Notes: generated by a model from the letters alone, not told the origin. Shown: positions 26,782-41,028, counted from the whole stretch's first letter. The stretch is 63,695 nucleotides of DNA, filler included, from Octopus bimaculoides (GCF_001194135.2; 5 parts of 4 records of this genome joined end to end with filler, not necessarily neighbours in it), one strand, 5' to 3'. Program-made: numbers and translations.

Positions 26782-27718
26782 GGAGGTTGGGGTTCCTAAA
26801 TGGTGAATAATAGCAAAAATTTATTTATGTCTGCGGATACTCTAAAATTTGTGCTATTTCGGGTAATATATGTATATATATATGTATATATATATGTATA
26901 TATATATATGTGTGTGTATATATATATGTGTANNNNNNNNNNNNNNNNNNNNNNNNNNNNNNNNNNNNNNNNNNNNNNNNNNNNNNNNNNNNNNNNNNNN
27001 NNNNNNNNNNNNNNNNNNNNNNNNNNNNNNNNNNNNNNNNNNNNNNNNNNNNNNNNNNNNNNNNNNNNNNNNNNNNNNNNNNNNNNNNNNNNNNNNNNNN
27101 NNNNNNNNNNNNNNNNNNNNNNNNNNNNNNNNNNNNNNNNNNNNNNNNNNNNNNNNNNNNNNNNNNNNNNNNNNNNNNNNNNNNNNNNNNNNNNNNNNNN
27201 NNNNNNNNNNNNNNNNNNNNNNNNNNNNNNNNNNNNNNNNNNNNNNNNNNNNNNNNNNNNNNNNNNNNNNNNNNNNNNNNNNNNNNNNNNNNNNNNNNNN
27301 NNNNNNNNNNNNNNNNNNNNNNNNNNNNNNNNNNNNNNNNNNNNNNNNNNNNNNNNNNNNNNNNNNNNNNNNNNNNNNNNNNNNNNNNNNNNNNNNNNNN
27401 NNNNNNNNNNNNNNNNNNNNNNNNNNNNNNNNNNNNNNNNNNNNNNNNNNNNNNNNNNNNNNNNNNNNNNNNNNNNNNNNNNNNNNTATATATATATATA
27501 TACATTCATACTTATACATACTCATGCTTATACACACGACGCTGAGTATGTGTGCGTGTACGAATCACCAATTGAAATCTAACAAACACTACAGATAAGG
27601 ACGTCGTTATACATACTATTCTCATATACGAACATTACATCTTCATAGATATATATACGTGAAGTATATAGATAGATCGATCGATAGATAGATAGATAGA
27701 TAGATAGATAGAGACAAA

Positions 27719-27795
27719 TATACATGTATACACATAGCTATATACATGTATACACATAGCTATATACATGTATATACATAGCTATATACATGTAT
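27719..27795. repeat. 22-bp minisatellite x3.5 (tatacatgtatacacatagcta)
   Basis: Units start at 27719, 27741, 27763 and 27785. Confidence 0.9.
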
Positions 27796-27825
27796 GTATA
27801 TACTCACAAAATCGCTCATAGTTAT

Positions 27826-27856
<31 letters not shown>

Positions 27857-27899
27857 TAGATAGAGAGATAGATAGAGAGATAGAGAGATAGAGAGATAG

Positions 27900-27952
<53 letters not shown>

Positions 27953-28489
27953 CACACACACACACACACATACACATACATCTACGCACATAGACATACG
28001 CGTGTGCACACGCGCACGCACAGTCAGAAAGTGAAGGAAAGAGAGTATTAGTCGTAGAGGAAGAAACGATAGAAATAAGAAAGCCGAATTAATGAAATTG
28101 AAATACAAAGGAGTAAGTCAGAAGAAAGTGAGGGAGGAGGTGCGCGGACAATAAAGACAAGTGGTGGCGGGAGGAGAGGGTATGAAAAGGTAAGATAAAT
28201 GTCACTTAGATCCAGCTGTTTGTGAACTTACATCCGCTCCTTCTCTACATTTCCTTCTGCTCTCGGCGAGCTTTGTACAGTACATAGCGATTAGATGGGT
28301 TGTGTTGTGTCAATAGAGACACACACGCTCACCTATATAGACAACAGTTAAATACGCGCGCGCGCGCGCACTCACATGCGGGCACGCATGCATAGATGCA
28401 CACATATGTACATATGGATGTATATATGCGTATATACAGTATATATACATATATGCATTATAGATGCATTGATATAAATAGATAAGTAC

Positions 28490-28558
<69 letters not shown>

Positions 28559-28859
28559 CAGGTACACACACCCACACATACATACATACATTCATACATA
28601 CATACATACATACATATAGATACATATATCTATGAGTATATATATGTATATATGTGTATGTGAATGGGTATGTACGTACATATGTATATATAGATATATA
28701 TATAATTATACATATGTATCTCTGTGTGTATGTGTGCGCGTGTGCGCTCGTTTGCATATTCGTACAAGACGTGCATAAATGTTCACAGGCAGGCCTGCTG
28801 TCTTACACATATGTCAGACTTATGAATACTTATGAAAACTGAATAAACATGCGCATATA

Positions 28860-29070
28860 TATTAAACGGCAAATGAATCTTCCGTCGCTTTCTATGATGA
28901 GTGCTGCAGTCGTTCAATCAACGGAACATCCTCACTGAATTATAGTGTAACAGAATAACTTGTCGAGTATTCCACAGACACGTGAACCTTTAACATAGTT
29001 CTCAAGTAAAATGATGGTAGCAGAATGTGTGACAAGGCTAGCCTTTGGAATTACAAGTACAGTACTTCAG
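28860..29070 (-). mobile_element. Probable 3' portion of a SINE-like repeat
   Basis: tattccacagacacgtgaacctttaacatagttctc...tgtgacaaggctagcctttggaattacaagtac is recalled as a common repeat tail. No second copy is present in the window. Confidence 0.35.
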
Positions 29071-30459
29071 GCGAGCTTCCATGTAGTTTCCATCTATACC
29101 ATTATTTTTGGAGTCGTGCGTCAACCATTGGCAAGTTTATGAGACACTTGGCCAACATTCCATGCACTAGAATCGAATGTGAACTCTCACGATTACTACG
29201 CAGACATATTTAATACGTGTGCGAGTTTGTCCTCTTATAAACACATGCGTCTGGAGACTTCTATATTTACACGCCTACATATGTGTGTGTATATATATTT
29301 TATATATATGTATGTGCATATATTGTTGTATTTCGAGATTCTGTTTTTTTTTTTTTGGAGGTGGGGGTGCCAAATAAACACACGCACTATAATATTTTTT
29401 CTTCACTCGTTTATTACTGCACTTATTTCATTTAACTCATGTCAAGAACAGAATGAAGTAAATGGAGCATGAAAACACACACGAAAACGAAAAGTGCCGG
29501 TGGATAGGTTACAGATGTGTAACGAAAGACTTCCGGACAATGGACATGGGTTAAAATAATAAAACAAGAACAGTAATAAACGAGTGAAGAAACAATTTAT
29601 AGCGCATGTATATTTTTTGACAAAAATAATGACCGCCACGAAATACAAAAATATTGGTTTCAACACACGATTTCACATAAGGAATGTTGCTACACAAATT
29701 GATAACCGTATGTGTGTGTGTGTGTATATATATATATATNNNNNNNNNNNNNNNNNNNNNNNNNNNNNNNNNNNNNNNNNNNNNNNNNNNNNNNNNNNNN
29801 NNNNNNNNNNNNNNNNNNNNNNNNNNNNNNNNNNNNNNNNNNNNNNNNNNNNNNNNNNNNNNNNNNNNNNNNNNNNNNNNNNNNNNNNNNNNNNNNNNNN
29901 NNNNNNNNNNNNNNNNNNNNNNNNNNNNNNNNNNNNNNNNNNNNNNNNNNNNNNNNNNNNNNNNNNNNNNNNNNNNNNNNNNNNNNNNNNNNNNNNNNNN
30001 NNNNNNNNNNNNNNNNNNNNNNNNNNNNNNNNNNNNNNNNNNNNNNNNNNNNNNNNNNNNNNNNNNNNNNNNNNNNNNNNNNNNNNNNNNNNNNNNNNNN
30101 NNNNNNNNNNNNNNNNNNNNNNNNNNNNNNNNNNNNNNNNNNNNNNNNNNNNNNNNNNNNNNNNNNNNNNNNNNNNNNNNNNNNNNNNNNNNNNNNNNNN
30201 NNNNNNNNNNNNNNNNNNNNNNNNNNNNNNNNNNNNNNNNNNNNNNNNNNNNNNNNNNNNNNNNNNNNNNNNNNNNNNNNNNNNNNNNNNNNNNNNNNNN
30301 NNNNNNNNNNNNNNNNNNNNNNNNNNNNAAATATTAAAGATTCATAATTGGAATGAATAAATAAAATTGAATATTAAGTATTTATGGAATTTTGATTTAC
30401 TGTCGGCTGACTTTTGGCCAAACCCTGTATATATATATACGCGTGTGTGTGTGTGTGTG

Positions 30460-30503
<44 letters not shown>

Positions 30504-30540
30504 CGCGTGTGTGTGTGTGTCAAAAAGAAGATCGAAGATC

Positions 30541-30780
30541 CTTACCGAATGATAGCCTTATAAGACTGGTTCCCAGAATTTTGTGACGTATATATTCTCT
30601 CCCTGGACGTGGTGCCGACTCTGACAGGATTATTCATTTTTTCCAGCTGAGTGGACAAGCGAAGCTAGAAATGAAGAGGTTTGCTCAAGAACACAACGTA
30701 TGGCCAGGTCTAGGAATCGAAACCACAATCTTACAACAATCATCAGTGCAACACCCTAAACCACTAAGCCAGGCGCTCCA
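30541..30780 (-). mobile_element. tRNA-headed SINE family E
   Basis: The minus strand reads tggcttagtggtttagg (A box), ggtttcgattcc (B box), then gttcttgagcaa...gtccactcagctgg. Heads of the same family lie at about 44310-44413 and 46321-46423. Confidence 0.75.
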
Positions 30781-32529
30781 TGTACATGTACATGTGTGTG
30801 TGTGTGTTTGTGTTTGTGTGTGTGTGTGTGTGTATACACTTATAGAGAGGGAGAGATTTAATTAAAGGGAATCCAAAAAGAATCCAAGCATATCAAAATG
30901 AAGCATGTCGTGATTATTGATTCGCAAATGAGAGAGTTAAATAATCCGCCATCATAACAAAGTGAAGTTTACCATTGTTTGCTAATTCTCAAGTCCAATA
31001 GTATCCAAAGACGAATGGGACCTTAAGAGCGGCCATAAAACGTTAAAAATAGACGAACGAGTCATCTAGTATTCCTACAATTGTTTCGTTAGGAGTTTGT
31101 TGTGACATTAACATTGTACAGTCAGGTATGCAGTATGCACAACATCAATGCGACTATGTTATACGTTACACAACTCACATCTTATCAGTTTTACCAAATA
31201 AACATGCAAGCAGGGACATGTAGATTAATCAACAGATCATTAAGAAGTGAAATTTCTAATCAGAATTACCAACATTTAAGGAATCTAAAGCGAGTGGGAC
31301 TACAACGAGCCAATCACGAGGGTGGATAGCAGAATGGTGTTGCAAATTAAAGAATAGCAAAACGGCATTTTTATTTTAAAGATATCATTAAATTTAGCAA
31401 CATCGCTCATAAAGACAGGTTCAGGCAAAACAGGCCGATTGCAGGCTCCAAACTTGACATTTAACCCTGTCGAACATATTTTAAGCCAGATACCGAGGTT
31501 CTCAAAATAAAGGGATTTATTATGTTGTACTGTTTAGTATATTAAGGAGTGACATAGTTAATAAATTCCAGCGTTACTTATTCATTTTCTTAATTCATCT
31601 TGATTAATCTTATTTTCTTTCTATTTAAGTATTTATAGGTTATGATTGCTGGCACTGTCATTATGACTATCCCCATGTATTTATCACTTTCTTTTCCTTT
31701 TCCGTCCTCTCCTTCTTTTCCCACCCTCTACTCTGAAATTTCGTAGAAACCGCTGTTCATTACATTTTTCTTTCAGTTATCTTCCTTGACTTACAATTAG
31801 ATGAATCTCCCTTAATTAATGCCAATATTCCATTAGTTCTGCAGTAATATATCGGTACACTTTAAACAAGATGAAGTAATTAACTGAATAAGTAAATCTG
31901 GAATATACTAACCATGTCCCTCCTTTATGCACTAAACAATATGAAACAGTAAATACCTTTCCAGAACAATGTTGGCATTTGCCTTAAAACATGTTCAATA
32001 CGGTCAAATGTCCGAATCTTTAACTCTAATTTCTACATCAGCATTTGGTAGTGCAGAAGAAGAAAGGTGGCTGCATGAGAGATCTTTATCTAGCAGGTAC
32101 ATAAGTAGTAGGACAGACAAGCAATGACAGACCTAAGGAAAGTATTTATATGAAATACTGCATATAAAAATTACATGATGTAATAAAATGTTATCTTTAC
32201 AGCTGTTTCGAATAATCGCCGACTGGGTTGATATAACCATTCATATTATGCAAGGAATTCTAATACTGAATCCTTATTGTAGGTTTACATAAAAGCAAAG
32301 GAAAAATTTCAGCGAGCATGGCTTTTCCGAGATCCGAGCTGCAAAGTCACGATAACCTCATCAGAAGAACCGAGCAAATGGCTTGAGGAGATAATGTGTA
32401 TAAATATATATATATAAGTGCTGTAAACTAAAGACATGGATAAAAGTAGAGGATAAGGTTATAGTGATAGGTGTATAAAGGTATGGAGAGAGGAGAGAAA
32501 GAGTTAGGTGGGGTATCATGGGGTGAGTA

Positions 32530-32642
<113 letters not shown>

Positions 32643-32983
32643 ATATGCATATGCATATATATAAGCATGGTACTACCCAGGTGTCGAAATCATAGTGATA
32701 TCCGCGGGCAGTTGATGATGGAGGTATGTTGGATTGTTAGGATGGCTGTTATTGTATGTGAGGAATAGTTTTATAACACATCCATTTGATATACATATAT
32801 ATATAGAGAGAGAGAGAGAGGGAGAGAGAGAGATAGAGAGAGAGAGAGAAAGAGAGAGAGATGAACAAATAGATATACACACACATATACATATATATAT
32901 ATGTATGTATATATATAATGCATTATGTATCTATCTATCTATGAAGCAAATATTTGCTGATCCCTTAATTATGTTTATGTATA

Positions 32984-33043
<60 letters not shown>

Positions 33044-33659
33044 TCGGCCGAAATCTATATATACTCATGTTTGTATCACCAAATCTCTTTTTGTGCGTGT
33101 GTGTTTTTCTATACTTATATATATGTGCGTATGCATATATGCGTGCGTGTACGTTTGTATCTTTGTATATGTATATACGTGTATGTATGTGAATGTATAT
33201 GTGTATCCGTCTGTGGTTCACGTTCCGTGTTTTAATATTGTTATTAGCCTGCATGTACGAACGTGTGGTTGCGTTCATACGACTATGTATACCTTTATTG
33301 ATACTACGTATATGTAGCTAAGTAATAATTGGTTGCGTATCACTGACTCGTCTATTAACATTGGCTCCTTCTCTCATTCCTTCACATCTTATTCCTTCTG
33401 TCAATCTATTGCTAGGTATTTCAATCACGCCATCAATATTTTATTGGTAATTCTAATGATGGACGTGTTAAATGCAGCTCTGCAGCATCCGAGTAGGACA
33501 AGTAGCATCACAGTAACCAGTTCAGTATTTCTCTATTCTGGAAGCAAAATCCTGAAAGATAAAATTTATTTTTCAGTCTTTAAACAGAGGTTCGATGAAA
33601 TAGTTCCTGATTTCGGTAAAAGGTTTCCATTTTTGAGGAGACAGTGGTAGGGGACTAGT

Positions 33660-34290
33660 ACTTTCTTTTGCCGATACCGGAGGGATGAAGGACTAAGTTG
33701 ACATCAGAATGTAAAGAGCGTGAAGAAATATCAATATATGACGCAGGAGCATTGAATTCTAACTCAGGCTGAAAGACACACAGTTTTACGGAAGAGAACA
33801 ATATAGAGCAGTGATTCTAAACCGGGATCCATATGATCACTGGGGGCCTATATAGGATTTTGTGGGGTCTACTGAAATAAAATAGTAAATTGGGGATTCA
33901 CAGTAGAAGGTTATGGGTCCATGAAAGAATTTTTTCTTTAGATATTACTGCAAGATGTTATTATTTTTCGGCCATTGAAACATGTTCTCTCAGAGAATAC
34001 TGTTCCAAACCTACACAAGTGAATGGGTGAAAAACAAAATAGGAAGTTTGAAAGAAGTATCTATGAAATTAGTTTTTAAACATCAAATGGCTATAGGATC
34101 CACAAGAGTAAAATAGTAATCGAAGGGGTCCATTTATATAAACGATTATATGTACCCAGTATTTCACTGTTACTATATGCTGTTGACCCTGGAGGGCAGA
34201 TAGATAAAGTTAACCCCGCATGATTTGAATTCAGAACCTGAAGTGATACACCTAAATACCGCCTTGCATTTTTTACGATGTTCTAAGTAT
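33660..34290. mobile_element. Degenerate minus-strand SINE A copies (about 33660-33790 and 34150-34290) flanking a MITE-like element (33809-34135)
   Basis: The MITE starts cagtgattctaaacc (hAT-like terminus) and has repeated ggg(g)tcca / taaaatagtaa submotifs. The right TIR is not seen. Confidence 0.45.
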
Positions 34291-34881
34291 TCTACTCATC
34301 CACACCCTTCGAGACACTGTTAAGTTCAAATGATGTTGACCTCTCACCTCGGGTCAACTCTATTTCAGCAAACCTATGATCAAAGACCTCCCAAGCACGA
34401 CCACCTCATTTATTGTTGCTTTTTCTTTTCTTTTCTTTGCCCCACCCCCCGCAGATATTTGTACAGATATCTAATGTATCCTTACTGCTTTTATGACAAA
34501 ATGTAATTTGAGGGAGATTTTATTGTTTTTCTAGCATACAGGATGACTGCATTACTGATCCTTAATTCATTCATATCAGTATTATAAAGACTATTCACGT
34601 TCAACCCAATACCGACTGAACTTTGACGAGAATAAAAATCACAAGAAAGAGTTACATTTTGGCTGGGGAAAATAAACCTCATGAAAACAAAGACACTATT
34701 TGGAGTGGATAAAATCATTGACATTTTGCTCAGATTTTCTTCAAGTGGCTTCTTTTCCTGTATTTTCTCAGTAATTATTCTGGGACGTTTTTGACTGTCT
34801 TTTTCACTTACTACGGTGATATATTCCCTGAGACGTTTTATCATATAACATTTTTCTCGGGCTTTTTTGGTGTATGAGACC

Positions 34882-35215
34882 GGTACAGGCATGGCTTTGT
34901 GATTAAGAGACTTGCTCTGTAATCACGTAGTTTCGGGTTCAGCCCCAACGCCAGATGGCCAGATGGCCAGATGTCTTCTACTATAGGCTCGACCGGACCA
35001 ATATCTTATAGTTGACGGAAACTGTGCGGGAGCCTGTCGGGAGCCTGTGTGCAACGTGCATGTACGCGTGCATGCGTGCGTGTGTATTGGTGTTTGTCTT
35101 CTACCACCGCTTGACAACCAGTGTTAGTTTGCTTACGTCCTCATCAACTAGATCTTCGGCATAAGAAATCAATTTAGTAAGTACCAGACTGGAAAGAATA
35201 AGTATAATCGTATAG
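34882..35215 (+). mobile_element. SINE family B, degenerate, with an internal microsatellite
   Basis: Head ggcatggctttgtgattaag...ggttcagcccc; gtcttctactatagg; 3' part cgcttgacaacc. Confidence 0.75.
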
Positions 35216-36221
35216 ATACAAATTTGGCTTTAAATAAATATACACAGACATGGCTGTAGATCACAACTAATTCAAATGCTTCGTTATCGGTTGTTGTTTA
35301 TTTTTTTAAACTTCTTTTGCAGTTTTTCCCCAATTCGTCCCAGGTACAGCGAACATATCTATTTATCTATCTATCTTTCTATCTATTATCTATCTATATG
35401 TGTGTGTTTGTATTCACACACATAGATTATATACATGTATACATGTGTATGTGTGTGTGTTTGTGTGCATGTACGTATGTGTATGCGTACATGCATAGAC
35501 ATACAAACATACATACATGCACACATACATACATACATACATACATACATACATACATACATACATACATACATACATACATACATACATGATCCATTAC
35601 CTGAATTCAACTATGTACATCCACTACAAAAAACGTATTGTTTATTAACTTCCCAATCTCCAACATTTTTTTCTTTTTCTTTCACTTCAGATAAAACTAA
35701 TCCCACAGATTAAGAAGTTCCCAGAACTTCTTGCTAATGCCATGTCCTTATATGATCTTCTCGTCACTAAATATAATATCCATACTTATTCACTCAGTCA
35801 TCGCAACGAAGCAGCTTTCTAAAATGAAAGTGAGAGTTATAACATACCTTTTTCTTATATTCCTATCATTTATTTGACGTATGGTGGCGGCAGGTGGATA
35901 GATATGAAATTATTTCTACTGGCGGGTAATAATATTCTCAGCGGTTTAATATAATTCTTTGAATATCCATCAATTTATAAGCCAGGAGAAAATAGCTGGT
36001 AAGCAAGTTGTTGTTGCTATTGAAACTTAGGTCAATTCTGGTTGACCAGAGTTAGGATTTAGTAAAAGGCATTTCAGGCCATATTATCTGAGGTGTTGTT
36101 CCATTTTATGACAATATTATTCAATTTGAGGAGAATTTTGCTGCTATTTATAGTAAGTCGAACTACTGTGCAGACAATCCTCCGTTACTTTGATGCATTT
36201 ATCAATATATAAGCATGCAGT

Positions 36222-36442
36222 AAAGTGGCGAGCAGGCAAAATCGTTAGCAAGCCGGATTAGATGCTTAGTAGCGGCATTTCGTCCATCTTAACGTTTTGA
36301 GTTCAAATTTCGCCAAGGTTGACTTAGCCTTTCATCCTTTCAAAGTCGATGAAATAAGCAACAGATGAATACTGGGATCGATGTAATCGACTCTCCCACT
36401 CACCCCTGAAATTGCTGGTCTTGTGCCAAAATTTGAAACCAG
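36222..36442 (+). mobile_element. SINE family A with 15-bp TSD
   Basis: Consensus match. TSD tatataagcatgcag (36206-36220) / tatataagcatacag (36443-36457). Confidence 0.9.
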
Positions 36443-36785
36443 TATATAAGCATACAGGTATGCATGTATGTATGTTTGTATGTGTTTGTGCGTATGTGTG
36501 TGTATGAATGTATGTATGTTTTCTTTAGGATTTATTTATGTGTTTTCATTTGGAGAATTCAGGCTGGTCGCTAACCAAGTGTCAAGGCTCTTTTTTGTTT
36601 CAGTTAAGACAGCTGTTGGGTGTTTGAGATCGTCTGAATCAGTTGAAGTGTGAGTATATACATATTTGTAATCATAAATAACTTGTATTTGTGATGTGGA
36701 TATTCGTTTTACTAATACAAGTGCCTGCGCTCTACAGCTTTTACAACATTGTATAGAAGTGTTTGTGCTTCACTCATATCTTTTT

Positions 36786-36995
36786 TTCTTTTTATTTTTT
36801 TGCTTGTCTCGGTCATTAGACTGCGACCACGTTGGAGCACCGCCTTGAAGAGTTTTAATCGAACGAGTCGACCCCATACTTCATTTTAAACCTAGTATTT
36901 ATTCAATCGATGTCTTTTGCCGAAGCGCTAAGTTACGGAGACGTATCAAATCAATACCTGTTACCGAGCCATGGTGCAATACAAACACAGACAGA
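36786..36995 (-). mobile_element. SINE family B, 3' half
   Basis: gactgcgaccacgttggagcaccgcc...gccgaagcgctaagttacgg; same family as 43563-43765. Confidence 0.75.
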
Positions 36996-37039
36996 CAGAC
37001 AGATAGATAGATAAATAGATATGTGTTTCTGTGAGTATA

Positions 37040-37093
<54 letters not shown>

Positions 37094-37094
<1 letters not shown>

Positions 37095-38779
37095 TAGCAA
37101 ACGCACCCGTCTTTTGGACGGTGTAATTTATTATAATGGCGCATTCCTTTTGACGGTATAAGTTGAATTAGCCCGCAGTTAGAAGTCGTTTGAAGTTGAT
37201 AAACGTAAAATGTATAATTACCAATTTCGTTAGCAGTTTATCATATGGTATTAAGCAACCTAGGGAATAAATAAAGTTTTGTGAACACAAATTTGGCAGT
37301 TAGTAATAAATGAAAGTCCATGAAATGAGATTGCAATTTCAGTACGCATTAGGGGCCCTATATCTTACCTAAAGCATTTTATAGCATGTAGTTATTTTAC
37401 TCGTAATGCCTGACATAGCCGCATTGAAACTTTTTTTTTCAATGAAAGTCATGTATGATAAACAAAAGCAAACATATATAGCAAACACACAAAAAGAATA
37501 AATGTCAGAGCACGCTTATGAGCGAACATCGTGCATGAAGTAAGAAGGGTCATTGAAGGTAAAGTACTGTTAACAGCAATCACGGAAATGAAGCAAAACA
37601 TCAATGAAGTGCTTGTAAGAAGTATGATTGCTAACGGCTACAGTTTGGCATAGATGTGAAGATTGTAGTAGAGTAGTAACTACTGTAGGGTTGCTTTGTA
37701 GATGACATTTTTGATTTTTCCTTCAGGAGCATAGAAGAATAAGTTGCCTGAATGGCCAACGCAGGAACAACCGACGTAGAACTGCCCATGTGAAAAGCAT
37801 GACGTTCGAAGGTCTAATCGAACAGCTTTCAGTGATTGACCTTGTTCTTTGTTAATTGTCATGGCGAAGCTGAGTGTGAGAGAGAGAACTGAAGTCTCCG
37901 CATATGGCATGGGCAGTCTGTTGGGGTTAGCGGAATTTTCAGAATAAAAACAATATCGTTTTTGCCGTGCCCCGTGATAATTTGGGCTACAATGAAGTGG
38001 TCCATCATTTGTTTGACCACAAAGCAAGTTCTATTGCATAGTGTGCGTGCGTTTATATTGCGCAGGAGGGTGACAGGGCAACTGACTTTTAAATGAAATT
38101 CATGGGGAGGGAGTCCTGGAGGATGTTGGGAGTTGAGAAATTCTTTTGGAAAGTGTGTAACCTGATCGAGGTCGGGAACGGTGTCAACTGATCTGTAACG
38201 ATTTTCTTGAGAAGGTAGCTTACTGAGTAATTCATAGTTAAGAGTGGTGACAGCTGCATTTGTATGTGCAAGAACAAGCCAGTGCAAACGTGCAAATATC
38301 GGCAGTTTCCAGTAAATGGGCATTGTAAAAACTGTATAACTGACACAACTTTGTCTGAGTAAAAGCAGAGAATATACATAATATGGATTAATTTCTGAAA
38401 GCATTTAATAATAATTAAAGTTGACTTAAATTACATGGCTTCCTCAAAGAAGTGCTAATGTGCAAATATCGGCGGTTTGCAGTGAATGGGCATTGTAAAA
38501 ACTGTAGTAGAAGACGAAGTGAAAGTAGCATAACTACATCATTAAGAGAAATAGCCCTTGGTATTTGTTATTTACCTATAAGAAGGTGTTTTTGTCCCCT
38601 ATAGGTGGCATTGCTCATTATGTGGAAAATTTAGAAGAGTCTATGACCATCTCTTGAACATAAGTGATGTATGTTCTCAGCGTGAACGAAATCGGATGCA
38701 AAATATTGATTTTAAGGGGTATCAAGAAAAAGGCCTATACACACACACACACACATCTTCCGTTTTATTATATATAAGA
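37094..38779 (-). mobile_element. Non-autonomous Helitron, 1686 bp, both termini intact
   Basis: On the minus strand the element starts TCTTATATATAATAAA at 38779 after an A and ends CTAG at 37094 before a T. A subterminal hairpin ccgtc-N5-gacgg lies at 37107-37121, and an internal helicase remnant is present. Confidence 0.9.
37680..38300 (-). pseudogene. Helitron RepHel Pif1-type (SF1B) helicase C-terminal remnant, frameshifted
   Basis: FPKEFLNSQHPPGLPPHEFHLKVSCPVTLLRNI...LCN...RRLQF and, after a frameshift at a (CT/CA) run near 37880, SFAMTINKEQGQSL...FSHGQFYVGCS. Confidence 0.9.
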
Positions 38780-38866
38780 TATATGTGTGTGTGTATTGTG
38801 TTTACTTTTGTGTGATGTGGCGAATATGGATCATATGTAATACGCTGTAATAGTACACATTCATTT

Positions 38867-39080
38867 AAGGTGGTGAGCTGGCAGAATCGTTAAGCACGCC
38901 AGACAAAATGCTTAGCGCCATTTCATCCATTTTTACCCCCAGAGTTCAAACTCCGCCGAGGTCGACTTTGCCTTTCATCCTTTAGGGGCGATAAAATAAG
39001 TACAAGTTGAGTACTGGAGTCGATGTAATCGACTTATCCCCAGCCCCGGGCTCGCTGGCTTTGTGCCAAAATTTGAAACC
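38867..39080 (+). mobile_element. SINE family A
   Basis: Consensus match; possible TSD aata(g/t)tacaca. Confidence 0.9.
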
Positions 39081-40039
39081 AATATTACACAATAATTCAT
39101 AATCATGATGTATATGAACCATGTATTGTTAAAACTATCGTAACGAAAGAATGTAATACCATCATCTACATTCTAGGACTTACCTGGTGTGTGTGTGTGT
39201 GTGCTTGTGTGTGTGTGTGCTTGTGTGTGTGTGTGTGTGTGTGTGCGTGTGTGTGTTTGTGCATGTGTCCATGTCTATTTATGTACTTTCAATCTTCCAT
39301 GAATTCTGTGTCATTCTTATCGAAATTAAATTTCTCTATTTCTCAGTGAAGCCACATTGTCATATTTTCCAGTCGTTTGAAAATAATTTTCCTTGCCGTT
39401 GCTGTTGTTCTTGTTGCAACTGTTGGCACTGTTATTGCGGCAATCATGTGTTACAGTTGCCGCCGTCATCATCCTAATGGGGGTTATTGTTGTTGTTGTT
39501 GCTGTTGTTGGTGGTGGGGGTGTTCGCCGTCATGGAGGAGGAGGTGGTGATATTGTTAACGGTAGATTGATTTTGGAGAAGGTAAATACAAATTTTATCA
39601 ATTTCCTAACAAACCAACAAACAAGTCTTTAAGTGTGCGTGCGTGTGTTCGTGTGTACGTACATGTGCGCGCATGTGTGTGTGTGTGTGTTTATGTGCGT
39701 GCGCGTGTATCCTCCATCATTATTACCGCCAACACCAGCACCACGAGCTAACGAGGAACTTTATATGCGGTCACTACCGTCGCTCGCCTTGCTAGAAATA
39801 GAAGCCAAATGCTCCCCAATTCACACTTTACAGGACACATTGGGTGACAATAATCCTGGAAATAAAAGCTAAAACTTCCTCAATTTACACACTGCAGTCT
39901 CTTTTACAAAGGACACATTGGGAGATAATAATCCTAGATACACTGTGTCGTAAGATAGTCAAAGCTGGGAAGCTTTTGTCCAATGTCCTCCTGTTCAATA
40001 AACACTGTCCAGGCACTAAACAACAAAAACATTAATATA

Positions 40040-40923
40040 ACCACCCCTAACACTAACACTACCTCCGCTAAAGCCTCCACCACCTCGAAGACCTCAACCA
40101 CCAGCATCTAAACCATCACTACTTCTGTTATTACCAATGTAATTACTTACATCGGCACCACCAACACTACCACCTTCACACTCACCAATACCACAACCAC
40201 CGACGCAAATAGATTCACTGCAACCAATACCACCATCAATAATATCAGCAAAGCCACTACAACCGCCAACATCACTAACCACTAATATTACTACAACCAT
40301 CGCCACTACCAACAACCCCACCGCCACTAATATACTAACTACCACCGCTACTCTCACTGATATTACCACTACCGCCAACACTAACACCACCGCCAATACC
40401 ACTTTCACAAGCACTACATCAAGTAGGATCACTACCACTACATCTAACTCCGTTACTACCTGCTAATATCTCCATTATTACCACTACCACAAACACTACC
40501 GCCAATACCATCAAAGCTACCACTACCTCCTCCACTAACTACTATTACCAGCGTCACTATCATCATCAATACCACCATACCACCAACATCACTCCAACCA
40601 CAACTGATGCCCTCCCGACCATAACCCTACTACCACTACCGATACCACAACTATCGCAAACACCACCACTGATATAATAGGTACAACTGCTACCACTAGT
40701 ATCATCGCCAATACCACTACTACCACCAACGCCACTATCACCACCAGTATATCAATACTATCACACCACAACCACCAACACTATAACACCAACACCACAA
40801 CCACCAACACCACAACCGCCAACACCACAACCACTAACACAACACCACAACCACCACTACCACAACCACCAACACCACAACCACCACTACTACAATCACC
40901 AACACCACAACCACCACTACCAC
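40040..40923. repeat. Degenerate ACC/ACT/AAC low-complexity tract, more regular towards the gap
   Basis: Directly visible; strongly C+A rich on the + strand. Confidence 0.9.
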
Positions 40924-41028
40924 NNNNNNNNNNNNNNNNNNNNNNNNNNNNNNNNNNNNNNNNNNNNTTAATTAATTAANNNNNNNNNNNNNNNNNNNNN
41001 NNNNNNNNNNNNNNNNNNNNNNNATAAT

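Noticed and set aside
31415-31510. TGSGKT P-loop-like hexapeptide followed by NPVEHI (Tc1-like)
   Set aside because: Short, bounded by stops, and without supporting flanking motifs; compatible with chance.
40094-40771. Val-rich (minus) or Thr-rich mucin-like (plus) reading of the ACC tract
   Set aside because: Frames are broken by stops and indels, and no splice signals are apparent; a degenerate trinucleotide repeat.
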